A stretch of DNA of 64,000 bases. Source: Camelus ferus. Taxonomy: Eukaryota. Each line of letters opens with the position of its first letter. The first letter of the stretch is position 1. The stretch covers positions 71,736,001 to 71,800,000 of the forward strand of contig NC_045696.1 of the NCBI RefSeq assembly GCF_009834535.1, read 5' to 3'. The translations under genes and the position numbers were made by a program. The notes beneath the pieces are model-generated. The model saw only the letters and a list, made by a program, of their open reading frames with translations, made no database searches and was not told where the DNA came from. Positions 50,690 through 64,000 of the stretch are shown here, piece after piece.

Positions 50690-53000
50690 GAGTACAAATA
50701 AACACCAACATTGTGATACTTGCAAAAGGAAAACAAATTAAAATGACGAGGTTAAAAATTTTACCTGTAACTCTGACAGAGATGTGGGGGCAAACAGGCA
50801 TTTTCATACTATGCTGATAGGAATGAAGTTGGTAATGACCAATACGAAGGGCTAATTGACAGTATTTATCAAATATTAAAATGTACACACTCTACAACCT
50901 ACCTATTAAAGTTATTATACAGATACCTCACACATGGGCACAAAGCTACACTTATAGTGATTTTCATTACCAAATGTAATAGTAAATGATTGGGGAAAAC
51001 TTAATGTCCAACAACAAGCGGCTGGTTAAATAAAGTGTGGTCTACCAATCAATTAAATACTTTGCAGCCATCAAAAGTGGTAAGATATAATACAACTACA
51101 GTGGAAACAGTGGGCAGTTTCTTATAAACGTATACCTGCCTCATAACCCACCCAAGAGAAATGAAAACACATGTCCACAAAAAGACATACAAGAAATATC
51201 CAACAATAGATGAATAAAGAAATTGTGGTATACTCATGTAAAAGAATAACATTAAACCTTAAACATAGACATTAAACATAATATTAAACAAAGACTATCA
51301 TTAAATAAAAAGAAGTGAAGTACTGTTATGTACAGCAACATGGATACATCTCAAAAATATTATCTTGAAAGAAAGAAGCTAGTCACTAAAGAATATATAC
51401 ACTCTGATTCTTTTTATATAAGGTTCAAGAAGAGGCAAAACTAATCTTTGTGAGAGAAAATTAAAACAGTGGCTGCTGTTAGGGATGGAGGTAGTGGAGA
51501 CTGGAAAGAGGCTCAGGGAACTTTCTGAGGAAACATTCTCTATGTTGCTGTTATGTGTGTGTATACATTTGTCAAACCTAATTGAATTATACTCTTAAAA
51601 TCTATTTTACTTATGTAAATTATATCTCTACTGAAAAATGAAAAACAAAAAGTAAATAAGATAAAACTATACTGCTCCAGAAGAGTTTCTAATACATTTT
51701 TGGTTTTATTTTTGTTTAATTAGAAATAATTTCCAACTCATAGAAAAATTTCAAGAATAAGTATAGTCCAAGGAACATTTCATGCCCTTTACCATGTTCA
51801 TTCACCATTGTTAACATTTTATCCCCATTTGCTTTATTATTTTTCTTTGCTTCTTTCTATATATTATACATCTCTATAGATGTAAACATATCTGTTTATT
51901 TCTATTATATAATATGTGTATTTATCTCTCTATGTAAATATATATGTATAGAAATATATGTATTATACATATAAGCAATAAGTATACTATGTGTGTATTT
52001 ATATACAAGATGCAGACTAGGATCAGATAGTGCATTTAGTTTCTAGTATCCTTTAATCTGCTGCATTTCCAGTCTTTGTCTTTTATGACCTTAGCATTTT
52101 TTAATAATACAGTCTTTTAAAAAATAAAATATACCTCATTTGGGGCTTGTGTGATGTTTTCTCAGGATCTGATTTGGGTTATACATTCCTAGTTCGAAAA
52201 TTACTTGACTGATGTCATGTCTTTCTCAGGGCATCACATGTGGAGACACACAGTGTTTATCCTGCCCTCACTGGTGATATTAATTTTGAGCCCCTAGTCA
52301 AGGTGTCCAATATCTTAAATGTATTATAATGTTTTTCCTTGCAACTAATATAGAATCTTTGACACTTTAAGATCATACAAATTTCCTGCTCATCAAAAAC
52401 CTTCTATCTGTGTTTAATATCCATTGATGATTCTTGCCTGATACAACCTTTGTTATGTTGATTGCAAATGATTTTCCAACCTCAGCACTCTCAACATTTA
52501 CTAATCAAAAGCTGATATTCTCCTGTAAGCTAGAACTTTCCCTTCTCACCTATTTATTTGTTTATGATCATTATGGATTCGTTTTTTTTTCCAATGGCTT
52601 ATAAGTCATTACAGTTCTTAATTGTTTTGGTGCTCAAATTGTCCCAGATTTGGCCAGTAGGCACCCCTTCAAGCTGGCTCGTGTGTCCTTGTGACATGCC
52701 CCCATCATTTTTTGGTCCTTCCATTCTGATCTAATATGATGTTCCAGGCTCATCTCATACATACAGCCCTGTAGTTAGCCATTTCTCTGAAGGGCCCTGG
52801 TTCCTCTAAATGGTGAATTAGACCAAGATCTAGATGCTAGGTGTGCTACTAGTTCTCAGGTGTCTTTACTGCTAGGCTCTTTCAGCAGAGTGCACATATA
52901 TGTACATATATTCACATATACACACTTATTTATAATTATATACACAAACATTAGGTACATGTATATACAGATGTAGATGCATATATGAATATGTGTATTT
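50690..53000. mobile_element. Cluster of old L1 3' fragments (sense about 50690-51660; antisense L1MC-like about 51710-52900)
   Basis: aagagaaatgaaaacacatgtccac..agcaacatggatacatctcaaaa; gctcaaattgtcccagatttggccagt..ccccttcaagctggctc. Confidence 0.65.
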
Positions 53001-54062
53001 GAGAAGTCATAGAGTTCACACAGACCATTTTATGATATTTTAGACCATTTATGATATATAGAAGAAAATAGCATATATAGTATGTTTTCTTTTGAACAAA
53101 ATAGGAGGGGCATATATATGATTGTATATGCAGAGATTACTTTAGGAAGGATGTATAAAATATACAAGTGACTGGATGAAGTGGCTGCTTCCTGGATATA
53201 GAGCTGGAGGCCTGGGGGGAAGGATGAGAGTCTGTTTAGATAGACTCTTTTTCTTTTTGAATTTATTATTACCTACACATATTGTCTTTTTGAAACCAAC
53301 AACAATAAAAAAACACTTTAATTGAAATTACTCTGAGACAATATTTAGCTAGTCTCACTGAAAATTGACCATCTCAAACAAGGGATTTTTCTCATTTTTT
53401 TCTCTTTTCTACTATTCTCTCTTTTGGTTCCATTTTATATTAATAATCAAACTTCTCCCTATACTTTGGGTATTTACCAGACTCAAAATGAATTTCCCAA
53501 TTTTTTTAAATGCTTATTTTATTTATTTATTATTTTTTAAATGCTTACTTTAAAGTATTTGAGTGTATAAGGGAAGTGTGAGCCGTGAGTTTTGTATTGC
53601 TTTCCTGAGTTGGGTGACATTAATATTGGAGTAGAGATGTTGACTTACCAGAAGTTAATAAACTTGCCATAATCCTCACAAGCCTTCTTCTCCTTCAGAG
53701 ATGAAGACTAGTCAGTTGTTTCTTGTAATTCAAAAGTTTTGGCCTTTGAACTGAGCACCTGACCAATGTCATACATCTCTTCCTGGTTGTGTATGAAACA
53801 CACCTCTGTGAGTGATACAGATAATATGTGTACAGATCCGTATGTGATTTATGCCCTGCTTTTCATGTGGTGCATCTACACTAAGGAGAGAGTGAATGTC
53901 TGGTTCGTCTTGATACTATGTCTTTAACTACTTCTATTCGTGGTAGTGCATGTACTTTTAATTTTAAACTAAAATGAACTTTTTAAAAAGCTCTCAGTCA
54001 CCCAAAGTTGCTTAAGCAACTATGGATAAGACCATAAATGTATACTGAAAGTGTCTAACAGC

Positions 54063-54655
54063 TGTTCTAAGAATGTCCATGTTGGAAGTGGTGTGACGGT
54101 GCCTCCACCGCAGGAAATGAGGAGGAGGCTTTGAAGGAAGAAGTGTCTCATACTCACAGGTCCCAGAGATGGGGGTCACTGCATGCTATGCAGGACTACA
54201 GGGGAAGCACTGAGTTTTAGCCAGGAGGCAGAAGCAGGAGGGAAAGAAAGGCATAGGACTTTATAGGGGTTTCCACAGGTAAGGCAAGGCAGGGCAGGGT
54301 AATCAGCTTTGGACTGGCTGGTTGGAATAATTCTGTCAGGCTCTAGGGCAAAGGGGTTTGTTGCCTGGTACCTGGCAACTGATTTAGGGCAAGGGAAATG
54401 TTGTCTTGCTGTGTGAGAGTTAGTTGAGAAAGTATTGTAGAGTATGGGGTTGGGATTGTTTGGTTTTCATATAATAGAAGTGCTCCCTCCAGTCCTTTTT
54501 TAAAAATCTCTAAAAATTAACTAGCTTCTCCCCAGTCAGTGAGGCCATCAACGCCAGAATATCAAGAATACAGAAAATAAGATAATATAGTTAATGTAAT
54601 TGGCCTTGTGATAAAAGGATGCCAAATAGACAGATATAGAATCTAAGAAAACTCA
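54063..54655. mobile_element. LTR-like element (ERV solo LTR, family not firmly assigned)
   Basis: Starts TGTTCTAA. Its first ~100 bp recur in diverged form at 57378-57480, indicating an interspersed repeat. Confidence 0.55.
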
Positions 54656-54829
54656 GAACAACTATTTTAAGGCCAAGTTTACATTCTCAGTGTGTCCTCT
54701 GAGTTTGATGAGCAAAATTATACTGCTTTTTCCTGTGTTATGTAGAATTTTAAAACTTTTTTTCCCTTTTGACCCTGTAAAGATTAAAAGAGGGGGGAAA
54801 AGTTTAATGATAAAGCTGCATCTCTTTCA

Positions 54830-56590
54830 TCTTTTTCATTTACATACAATAAAATTCACTCTCTCTGATGTACAGTTGTATGTGTTTTGAAAATGCATGG
54901 TGTTAGTTAACCACCACCACAGTAGAGATGCAGAGTGGTTCCATCACCCCTCAGCATCTCCTGATGCTGCCCTCTGTAGTCAGCTCTTCTCCCTACTGTA
55001 ACCCCTGGTAGCCACTGATCTGCTCTCTGTCCCTATAGTTTTGCCTTTTCTGGAGACTGCCTTTTGAGTCTGACTTCTCTCATTTAGCCTAAAACATTTG
55101 GACTTCATTTGTGTTGTCAGTAGTTCTTTCTTTTTGCTACTAAGTATTATTCCACATAATAGGTGTACCAGTGTATCTATTCACCAGGGAAGGACATTTG
55201 AGTTATTTCTAATTTTAGCAATTAAGAATGAAGTTGCTTTTTTTGCTGGACCATATGGTAAGTGTATGTGTAACTTTATAAGAAACTGCTCAACTGTTTT
55301 GCAGAGTGTCTATACTATTTTGTATTCCCATCAGCAATGTATGAGGTTCTATCTGCTCCATGTTCTTGCTACTCATGGTATGGACACATTTTTCTGAGAC
55401 ATTCTAGCTGGTGTGTTGTTGTATCTCACTGTGGTTTTAATTTGCAGTTCCCTAATAACTAATAAGGAATCTCTTTTCACATACTTCTTTTCCATCTGTA
55501 TGCCTTCTTTGGTGAAGCATTAATTCATAATTTTGTCCCCCGCCTTTTAATTGTATTGTTTGTTTTCTTATTATTGAGTTTTGAGTGTTCTTTATATATT
55601 TTTGATATAAGCCCATTGTCAGTTATGTGGTTTGCAAATATTTTCTTTCAGTTTGTGGGTTATCTTTTCATTCAGCTAACAGCATGTTTTGCAGTGTAAA
55701 TGTCTTTCATTTGGATGAAGCTGAGTTTATTCATTTTTCCTTTAAGAGTTGCGCTTTCTGTGTTGTATCTTAGAACTCTGCCTAACACAAAGATTTTTCT
55801 CCTAAGACTTCTTTTATGTTTTCTTCTTCAAGTTTTATGATTTACATTTAGATCTGTGATCCATCTGAAGTTAATTTTTTAATAAAACAAGAGGTCAGGG
55901 TCCCTTCTTTTTTGCATATGGATGTCCAGTTATTCAAGCACCATTTATTAAAAATGGAATTATTTTTCCATTTAATTAACTTTGTACCTTCATCAAAAGT
56001 CAAATTAGTGTTTTCCAGGGTTCAGGGATGGTAGGAGGGGGGACAGATGTGACTTTAATGGGTAGCACAAGGGAGATCTTTGTGGTGATGGAATAGTCTG
56101 CATCTTGATTGTACTGGTGGTTACATAAATCTACTATACACACATTACATCAGTATCAAATCCTTGTTTTGATATGATTATACTATAATTATGTAAGATG
56201 CAATTATTGAGGGGGCGGGTAACTGGGTGAAAGGCACATGGGACCTCCCTGTGCTATCTTTACTACTTCCTGGGAATCTGTATTTACTTCAAAATAAAAA
56301 GTTAAAAAAAAATCATAATTGTGTGAGTCTATTTCAGGACTCTATATTATGTTCTGTTGATCTGTTTGTCTATCCTTTGCTATTACCACACTCTTGGCAG
56401 CTAATTTTTAATAAACCTTGAAATCAGGTAGTGTGATTTGTCCAACTTAATTCTTTTTCAAAATTGTTTTACCTATTCTGTGTATTTTGCATTTCCATAT
56501 GAATTTAGAATCAGCTTGTCAATTCCTACAAAAATTTGATTGGGATTGCGTCGAATCTACAGTTCAACACTTAACAGTATTGAATCTTCT
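54830..56590 (-). mobile_element. Old L1 3' region, with a sense-oriented L1 3' end inserted at about 56008-56312
   Basis: catacaataaaattcact..gcaatgtatgag..ttttaatttgcagttccctaat..tttgcatttccatatgaatttagaatcagcttgtcaatt. Confidence 0.75.
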
Positions 56591-56844
56591 AATATCTTCC
56601 TTTTGTTTCTAATGTTCACTTTTAGCTTTCAATTTAAAATTCCTCTTGGTCTTCTAAAGCTAAAGATGAGAAAGCAGAGTAGAGTTCTGGCAAGTGTGGA
56701 AGCACATACCTCCCTCTCCTGTTCAGTAAAGTGGGGCAGAAGATGTGCTGCCTGGCAGGATAGGGTTCTGAATCTCTAGCCTGTGGGCAAAGTCACTTCT
56801 GCCTAATACCATGTTGCACATAGATATTTTTCAAAATTTCAAGT

Positions 56845-56858
56845 GTTACCATAGCAAC
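56845..56858. promoter_or_regulatory. Candidate RFX X-box
   Basis: GTTACCATAGCAAC fits the palindromic RFX consensus GTTRCCATRGYAAC. Motif match only. Confidence 0.4.
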
Positions 56859-58244
56859 TAATGTTCTAAGAATTAAAATACATTTTTAACTTGGTCATTT
56901 CTTGTTATGTGTCTTATAATCTCTAATTTTAGAAAGACTAAAAATCTTTTTAAAATTTTCAAAATTGGTTTAAAAAATTTGGAAGGGAAAGACAGAGATG
57001 AATTCAGTTGTTTTTTTTTTTCCCTTGCTCTCTTGTTACAAAAATAATTCTTAAAGTCCCCAAACTTTTTTCCAGAAGTGAAAGAGAAAGGCATGGGACA
57101 TGCAGCCTGATGAGGTTAGCACAGTGATGTGTAGAATCAAACCACTAAACCTAAGTTCCTTGAAGGCAGGGCCTGCTGTGCTTACTTTTATCCCTCAGAC
57201 CCTAGCATTTATGAAGTTGAGTTCAGGTTTGTTGAATGAGTAAGTCAATTTTGTTTTCACCTATAGACTTTGAGCCCTAACTTACAGTCTTTTCATCCTG
57301 AAGTGGAATTATCAATTGACTAATACTATATAATTAGAGAAGAAAGCCTATATTCTCATGCTCTTTGACCAAGAATCTGTTCTAATGACGTACATGTTGG
57401 ATATGACATGGTAAAGTCAGTGCTGCCACAGGAGGAAATGAGGGAGAGGCTTTGAAAGAAGTTTAGTATACTCACGGGTCAAAATAATCAACGAAAGTCA
57501 TTAGTTAAAGGCTACAGTGGGGGTGTGTTTTAGAGATAGGAGTGACTAGAGGGTGTGGTAGAGTCCCTGGGACTGGAAACCAGACCACACCCTGGGCAGG
57601 ACCACTGCAGAGGAGAAGAAAGGGACAGTTTGCAGAGTGTCATCCTCTAGATATCTGCACACTCTTTCATCCACATGGGTGTGTTCGTCAGCAGGCTTGT
57701 TAATTTATGAAAATCTACTCCCGATCATCTCCAAATCTCCATGCAAGATGAATGGCATGGCATATTACCATTTTTCATGGAAGGGGCATAAGTATGGTGA
57801 ATCTTTTCAATCCACACTCTTCAGTGGGTCCCTCTGTTCTAATTTTGCTCTGATATTCACCAGCCTACCCTTCACTGGGTTTTTCATTGCAGATTGTTAG
57901 GTCTCAGCACAGCACTTGATTTCAGTGGCTGAAGGGTAGACTTTAGCCTAGGAACTTTTGACAAAAATTCACCTAAAGCAAGACCGGACTTCTAGGTAGC
58001 TTGTAACTGAGCTCCCTGATCCAAGTCACCATTTTGTCACAGACTGTTCGACACTTTGCTATTTCTCATTCAAAGGGGGAAATGGAAAGGGACTTTAAAA
58101 TATATCTCTGCTGGATGTGGTAACCATCTTTGGATATAAATGCCTGATCAGGCAGCAATGAAGTACTATTTAAATAACAGTAGAATCTAGATGAGCCACT
58201 TGTTAATTATCTGTGAGGAATATATTAATTTTTTTCTGCTATAG

Positions 58245-58361
58245 ATCATTATGTTAAACTCCATTTCTGACCTTCATGGCTACATTGACAAAAGCCAACT
58301 GACAGAGGACTTAGGGGGAACTTTGGAATATCGCCACAGTCAGTGGATAAATCATCGAACT
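58245..58361 (+). CDS. MCF2L2: MCF2L2 coding exon (probably exon 6), 117 nt, phase 0-0: IIMLNSISDLHGYIDKSQLTEDLGGTLEYRHSQWINHRT; end of the SEC14 domain
   Basis: Acceptor tttttctgctatag|, donor ACT|gtaagt. YIDKSQLTxxLGGTLEYxHxxW is the C-terminal CRAL-TRIO signature of this family. Confidence 0.96.
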
Positions 58362-58860
58362 GTAAGTACCAATTAATGTGCCCTTTTCAGTGTCTCTCCT
58401 GGGTTTCCAGAGATAGAGGACTTAAAAATCAACTGTTGGGTAGTCACTGGTCATGACTCCCTAACATCAGGAAGGGTGGGGTTTCTAAGCCACAGGCTGG
58501 GGGAGAAACAGGGTGGAAGAGTCTAGGCCGGGTAGGGGCTTTTCCTGCTGGTTACCTTCACCCCACCTCACTTGCTGGTATGAGGGTTTTGGAGGCCTTG
58601 ATTTAGACTGCACCTGGCATGTTTGCAAAATACCAATACCCTGCTGTACCTTAGAGAATTTAGTTTACTTGCTCTGGGATGGGTCTCAGGCATCAGGTTC
58701 GCAAAACTCCCCTGATGATTCTAACGTACAGGCAGATTGAAACCCACCAAGTCAGAAGAACCTGCCTGTAAATGTTGCCACCATTGCTTATTGTCTGACC
58801 TTGGATGAGTTTCTAAGCCTCTCTGAGTTTGTTTGCTCTCCTCTTAACAGGGGACAAACA

Positions 58861-59167
58861 CAGTGGTTCTCAGCTGGGGCGTGGTCCTGGTTTCCAGTCC
58901 CAGGGACTCTGTCACACCCTCTAGTCACTCCTGTCTCTAAAATACACCCCCACTGTAGCCTTTAACTAATGACTTTCACTGACATTTATCAATGTCTTTA
59001 GACAGACACTTTTTATAGTCATAATTTGGGGAGAGAGGTTTTACTGGTCTATACTGGGTAGGAGCCAACAATGCTACTAAACATCTTATGATGCACAAGA
59101 CAGCCCCCCCACAGTAAAGAATTATCTGGAACAATGTAATAATAGTGCCAATGGTGAGAAACCTTGC
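58861..59167. mobile_element. MER20 (hAT-Charlie), possibly interrupted
   Basis: cagtggttctcagctgggg start; atgctactaaacatcttatgatgcacaagacagcccccc..aaagaattatctgg..aatagtgcc..tgagaaaccttg end. Confidence 0.75.
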
Positions 59168-61330
59168 ACTAACAGATGCTGCCTTAAGGTTTGCTGTGGG
59201 GAATAAGTGATATCATGTCTATGAAACAACCTGGCATACAGTATTTTATTCTTTCCTAATGACTCTTAGTGTTGGTTATCATGTTAAACTAGAAGGGTCA
59301 GTAATATTGATGAAAAAGTAAGACTGAAACTCAGCAAATAATAAGTGTTTCTATATAAAGTTGTCATTCCCCTTTCCCTGCCCTCCTAGCCCCGCACTTT
59401 AAAAAAGATTAGGTTTTCTAAGCAAAATGAGAAGCCCCCTTCCCACCCTGAGGATAGCTTGTGGTGTCAGCACATCTGTCTGTATGTGCTCACTTTGGAA
59501 ACATGTTCAATATTTACTGATGAATACCGCAATTACATTTGATTAGGTAGAATTCACCCTGTTTTAGAATGTAATGTTTTGTTTAAAAAAAAAAAACAAG
59601 GAAATTTAAGAACTAAACAAAAATAGATATCTAGCAACATAACGCATTCATTTCAAAGCTACAGATTCTAATCCCTCTCACTTCTGTGTATGCTGTGTAA
59701 TTTCAAGGGAGGCACGTTTTTTCCCCAAAACCTAGAGGAAAGTCCATGACCTGAGCAAGAGCCCCTTAAAGTTCTCTTTAATTTTACCATAATAATGGTG
59801 ACTCCAAGAGAATACGATTAAAAAACAAAAAAAAAGGAGTGGTGAAGTTTTTCACAAGCATTTAATTCTAAGTAAGTCTAAATATGAAAGATAAGGAGAG
59901 AAGCTGACTATTATAAGTGTGATGATGGTCATCCCAGGATGAAGTTTCATTAAATCATATGAAACATGGAACTTGGAGTGCTTCTAGGCTTGCTTTCTTC
60001 ACTTCCTAGAGTTTTATTTCATTACTTTAGTAACCAAAAGAACTTACTGTCCCATCAGCTTTATTGGGCTAGCCAGCTCTCCCTTTTGCTCTAATTTCTC
60101 TAACAATCCTTTATTTTATTGTGTTGTTCATGTTTTTCAAGTTGCCTCTAATCTGTTTTGAAACAACACAAATTTGCAACAAATATAGAAAAAAAAAAAA
60201 ACTGAAGCACCTTGTCATCAAAACCAAAATTGTTCTCTAAGAACTTAGAGAGGTAAATAAGACTAAGGTCATGAAGACTGATTATTTAAAGACAGGCATG
60301 AACAGCATGTACATACAGCTCCCCTCCCACCAGGCTTAGTTTGTACTTATAGTTTATGTTTGTTCAAGTGTAAAACATATTGTAGCAAACTTTTAAAAAT
60401 ACAACTAATCCTGAAGCAGAGATAATTCTTCACATGCCTTTTGCAAATTTTCTGTATACATTTTATATACACATACATAATTAGAAATATAATTATATAT
60501 ATGCATATACATATTATTTTATATATTATGAACATATAAATCTTTTTTGGTAATAGTGTGCTTTCTGGATGTCAGATCTTTGAGACTCATAAAAAGTCAG
60601 AACTAAAAAGAACTTCAAAATTAATTTATTGCAATCACCCTTATTTTACAGATCAGGAAACTGACCTTCAGAGTAAAGAAGTGTTTTATCCAAGGTCATA
60701 TGATCAGGTAGTGGCAGAGACAAGACTAAGGCCAAGCGCTTTTTAATCACCCTATCAGGGTCAGGTCCTCTGTGCCATTTTCAATTAGTGATCATTAATA
60801 ATCATCAATTAGTGATTATTCACTAATCAGACACATGGAATCAAGTTAATTTGTTAATAGAACCCATGACAGGAAACCTCTGGCTTTCCTCTATTTCTAG
60901 AATGTCATTTGCAAGCCTTACACCTACTTCTCTTAGTTCTTACTGTTAATATTGTTACACTTGTAAGGTACTCAGCTGTGCCCGAGATCCTTTCACATTT
61001 GCCATTTCTTCTGATCCTCAAAAAAACTCCTGCAGAAAGAGAGCAAATATTGGTTGAATCTTGCCTTCTTTCTTTCCTTCCTTACTGCCCAAGTAAGATG
61101 ATCTTGGGCAATTCGTTGAACCTGTTAGAGAGCTTCAGTTCCCTCTTCTATAAAATGGAGATGAAAAGCCTTCCACTCTGGATTATTTGTCTGAGATGAT
61201 AGACAAATCTGTAGCAGTAAGTGCAATGCATGGCCCACTGCAAATACTCAGGAAATGGCAGCTAGTTCTCCTCTCCTTTTGTTAGTGAATGTTAATCCGT
61301 CCACATTGTTATGATTGTCTGACTTTCCAG

Positions 61331-61480
61331 GCCATTGAAAACTTTGCCTTGGCATTAAAGACTACTGCCCAGATGCTCCAGACTTTTGGGGCCTGCCTGG
61401 CCACAACAGAGCTGCCCAGAAGTGTGCCATCCAGTGAAGACCTTCTCATGTCCCACACAAGGCAGCGGGGCCAGTTACAG
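61331..61480 (+). CDS. MCF2L2: MCF2L2 coding exon (probably exon 7), 150 nt, phase 0-0: AIENFALALKTTAQMLQTFGACLATTELPRSVPSSEDLLMSHTRQRGQLQ
   Basis: Acceptor gactttccag|, donor CAG|gtgagt. Lies inside ORF 61289..61495. Matches the recalled MCF2L2 segment AIENFAL.LKTTAQMLQTFG.CLAT.ELPRS. Confidence 0.95.
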
Positions 61481-62959
61481 GTGAGTGGTCCATGATCTCC
61501 CAGAGGCCTACCTCTGTGCTGGCAGGTGGTCAGCTTCCTGGAGAGTGCTGGGAGCCAAATTATAAGTTAAGCCCTCTTCTTCCCCCTTCTCCAGTGACTT
61601 GGCAGCCTCTAATCATCTTCAGTCCTCTGGATAGGCAGTACGTGAAGAGAAAAATCTCTTAAAGACTGGGTGGTGCATGTGAAAGGATTGCAGGTGAGAA
61701 GTGTGAGAAGCAGCACCTCGAAAAGAAACTCATTCCAGCTTTGTGCTGGCGAGACAAGGTGTGTGCACATCCCTTCAACGGCAGCACTCCTGTGATCTGC
61801 TCAAGACAGAGCAAGATATAATGGGCTGAAATTGCAGGGAGAAAGGGAGGGATGGGAGTTGGCTTTTGAAGCATAAGCTTTCTTGAGGCTGTTGTGAAGT
61901 TTGGGGGCAGACTAATTAGCTGGCTCACTGCTTCGCTCTATCAGGGATATGTCTTTTTACCTGGGGCCAGTTTGAGAAAGAGGACTATGAAAGGTGCTCT
62001 GAACTGAGTTTAAGGAGAGGCACCTATTAAGTGATTCATAAAAGCAGGTCAGAACCTGCTGGGAAGGGAGCTTGACAGACTCTTTCAGGTCATGCTGTAA
62101 AGGGAAGTCTTCTCAGGACTTACTGGATGGGTGGCATCCTCTTTCTGCCTTCACAAGCACAGTAAGGCCAAATCCATTATTTCACCAGAACGCAACAGGG
62201 CAGCAAACCAAGGATTGAATGGTTGATACATCTTAGCATTATGTGTGTTCTTGCTGGGTTGGCTTAAGAAAAACTGAACTCTTTTATCTGTGACACAAAA
62301 TTTGCAAAACATTTGCTTTGCTAAGTGCTTGACTTTTTTTTTTATTCAAAATATATTGACTGTCCACCACTACATACCAAGAAAACAAACAAAGAAAATG
62401 AAAACTCAAAAAAATACATAGTTTAGGTAGGGGGGTTGAGGCAAACTAATTATTCCATGTGTCAGGGATCACTGTTTAATTCTGTCTTTAAGGTTCTTGA
62501 TAATTAAAAAGAGTTCAAAATTTATTCTCAAGAGTAATCAAAAGATCTGGTTTGAAACTATAGAAGCCTGAAAGCATCCTGGAATTTTTCCTGAAAATGC
62601 CTCTGTAAAGGTTGACCTTTTTCTTTGACAAATATTTCGGCCAAGTTCACCTTCCATAGTTCTTGGAAGAGACAATGCAGGGTGTGAAAGTCTGGGTTGA
62701 GGGTAGCCTCTGTGAAATCTGCTGGAAAAGGGTTGGTGGTCCAAGCCCACAGGTCACGTATCTGAGGAGTGAAACTAGCTAGTCAGGTCCTGCTGTAAAC
62801 GTGCAGTGAGCGTTCCCAGGAAAGGCAGATGAGTGGGTGTCTGTCATCTCTACACAGGCAAGGAACTCCACAGGGGTAAAGGAAGGGAAAGACTCAGTCT
62901 CCAAGATGGTGTAAGGACATTTTCTTGTGCATATTGACCAGCTGTTCTTGGAATTAAAA

Positions 62960-63056
62960 CATGATTATGCAAGTCAAATCATTATGCTGTACACCTTAAA
63001 CTTACACAGTGCTGTATATCAGTTATATCTCAGTAAAACAACTGGAAGGAAAAAAG
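62960..63056 (+). mobile_element. Short L1 3' terminus of the same family as the 30750-30838 end
   Basis: caaatcattatgctgtacaccttaaacttacacagtgctgtatatca.ttatatctca closely matches 30765-30817. Confidence 0.8.
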
Positions 63057-64000
63057 AATATTAAGTGAATTTGGGTTAAAAATATAAGTTATTCTATCTT
63101 TACTTTACTAAGTAATATTAATATTCACTTAAACACAATACAGAGGATTCCTTTTTTTGTGATTAGTAATTATTGGCCAAATTTGATTTCTTTGTTTTTT
63201 AGCTTGTAAATTAGAAGCAAAAATTCCAAAATCATTGAGCTAGGTTTAGATTTTTCCTTTTTCCCATCCAAAAATGCTTTCAAGAGAGAAAGGGTTTATA
63301 TTACAAAAAAAGGACTACTGTTTAAACATTTATTAATAACTTAGTAGTTTTGTGATTATCTATGCATTATTTTATTTTACTTTTATTAGTGTTTTACCTA
63401 TTTTTTAACCAAAGTTTCTATAACTAATTGAATAGGTTTTTTTTTTCCCATTTGGAGAGTATCTTTTCCAAGTGAAAAAACAGTATGAGATTTAGCCTCA
63501 GAACAGTGAACTTTTAAATCTATTTAAATATCTATAGAAGTTACAGTGTATGATTTAAAGCTTTCTCCCAGCCTGGAAAGTTTTTGTCTAAACAGCATGA
63601 CATTGAGAGATTTGGTTTAATTTCTTGATTTCCTTTCTCTGATGGATCTTTGAGAGCCCTTATTTTATTTTATTTATTTTTTATTGAAGTACAGTACATT
63701 TGCAATATCATTAGTCATTAGGGAAATGCAAATCAAAATGGCAGTGATATACCCACTAGGAATCCTATACAGTCTGACCTCTGTATCCATGACTCTTCAT
63801 CCAAGGATTCAACCAACTGTGGATTGAAAATACTTAAAATTCATCCTGTTAATGAGGTCTTCAGTGACTTTGTATTATTTAAAATTTGTCTCTCCAGTTA
63901 ACCTAGGGTCTGTGTGACTGCCTCCTGTTACTCTGTGTCCCATAATACAGCCCTAAAAAAGAATGAAATAATGCAATTTGCAGCTACATGGATGGACCTA

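Larger units (their letters stand above)
1..64000 (+). other. MCF2L2: Internal portion of the MCF2L2 transcription unit. Complete introns: 13796-22553, 22669-47663, 47755-50069, 50190-58244, 58362-61330.
   Basis: Six colinear phase-compatible exons. The first begins mid-codon and the last ends at a donor. No promoter CpG island or first exon was seen in 1-13711. Confidence 0.85.

Noticed and set aside
53022..53057. Tandem near-duplicate agaccattt(t)atgatat
   Set aside because: Short slippage-type duplication at a repeat boundary with no evidence of function.

Overview
Mammalian nuclear DNA, AT-rich and mostly intronic and repeat-derived. Five tRNA-derived SINE copies of the camelid Vic-1 type suggest a camelid (alpaca, llama or camel); this is an inference. 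The window lies inside one + strand gene that I recognise as MCF2L2, a Dbl-family Rho-GEF. Six GT-AG coding exons (13712-13795, 22554-22668, 47664-47754, 50070-50189, 58245-58361, 61331-61480; 677 nt, probably exons 2-7) splice into one uninterrupted frame covering the N-terminal CRAL-TRIO/SEC14 domain and the start of the following helical/spectrin-like region. Exon 1 and the DH-PH exons lie outside the window. The introns hold L1, L2, MIR, MaLR/ERVL LTRs and hAT/Tigger DNA transposon relics; repeat family names and boundaries come from recalled consensus sequences and are approximate. Almost all ORFs in the supplied track are spurious or L1 debris. I found no evidence of a new multi-gene system. 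The best leads are a TSD-flanked, polyadenylated 257-bp insert with three internal repeats, an L1 with a twin-priming-type inversion, an LTR-in-LTR-plus-SINE nest forming an inverted repeat, a probable mRNA 3'-end retrocopy, an Arg-to-Gln change in the conserved GGR motif, and two candidate regulatory sites.
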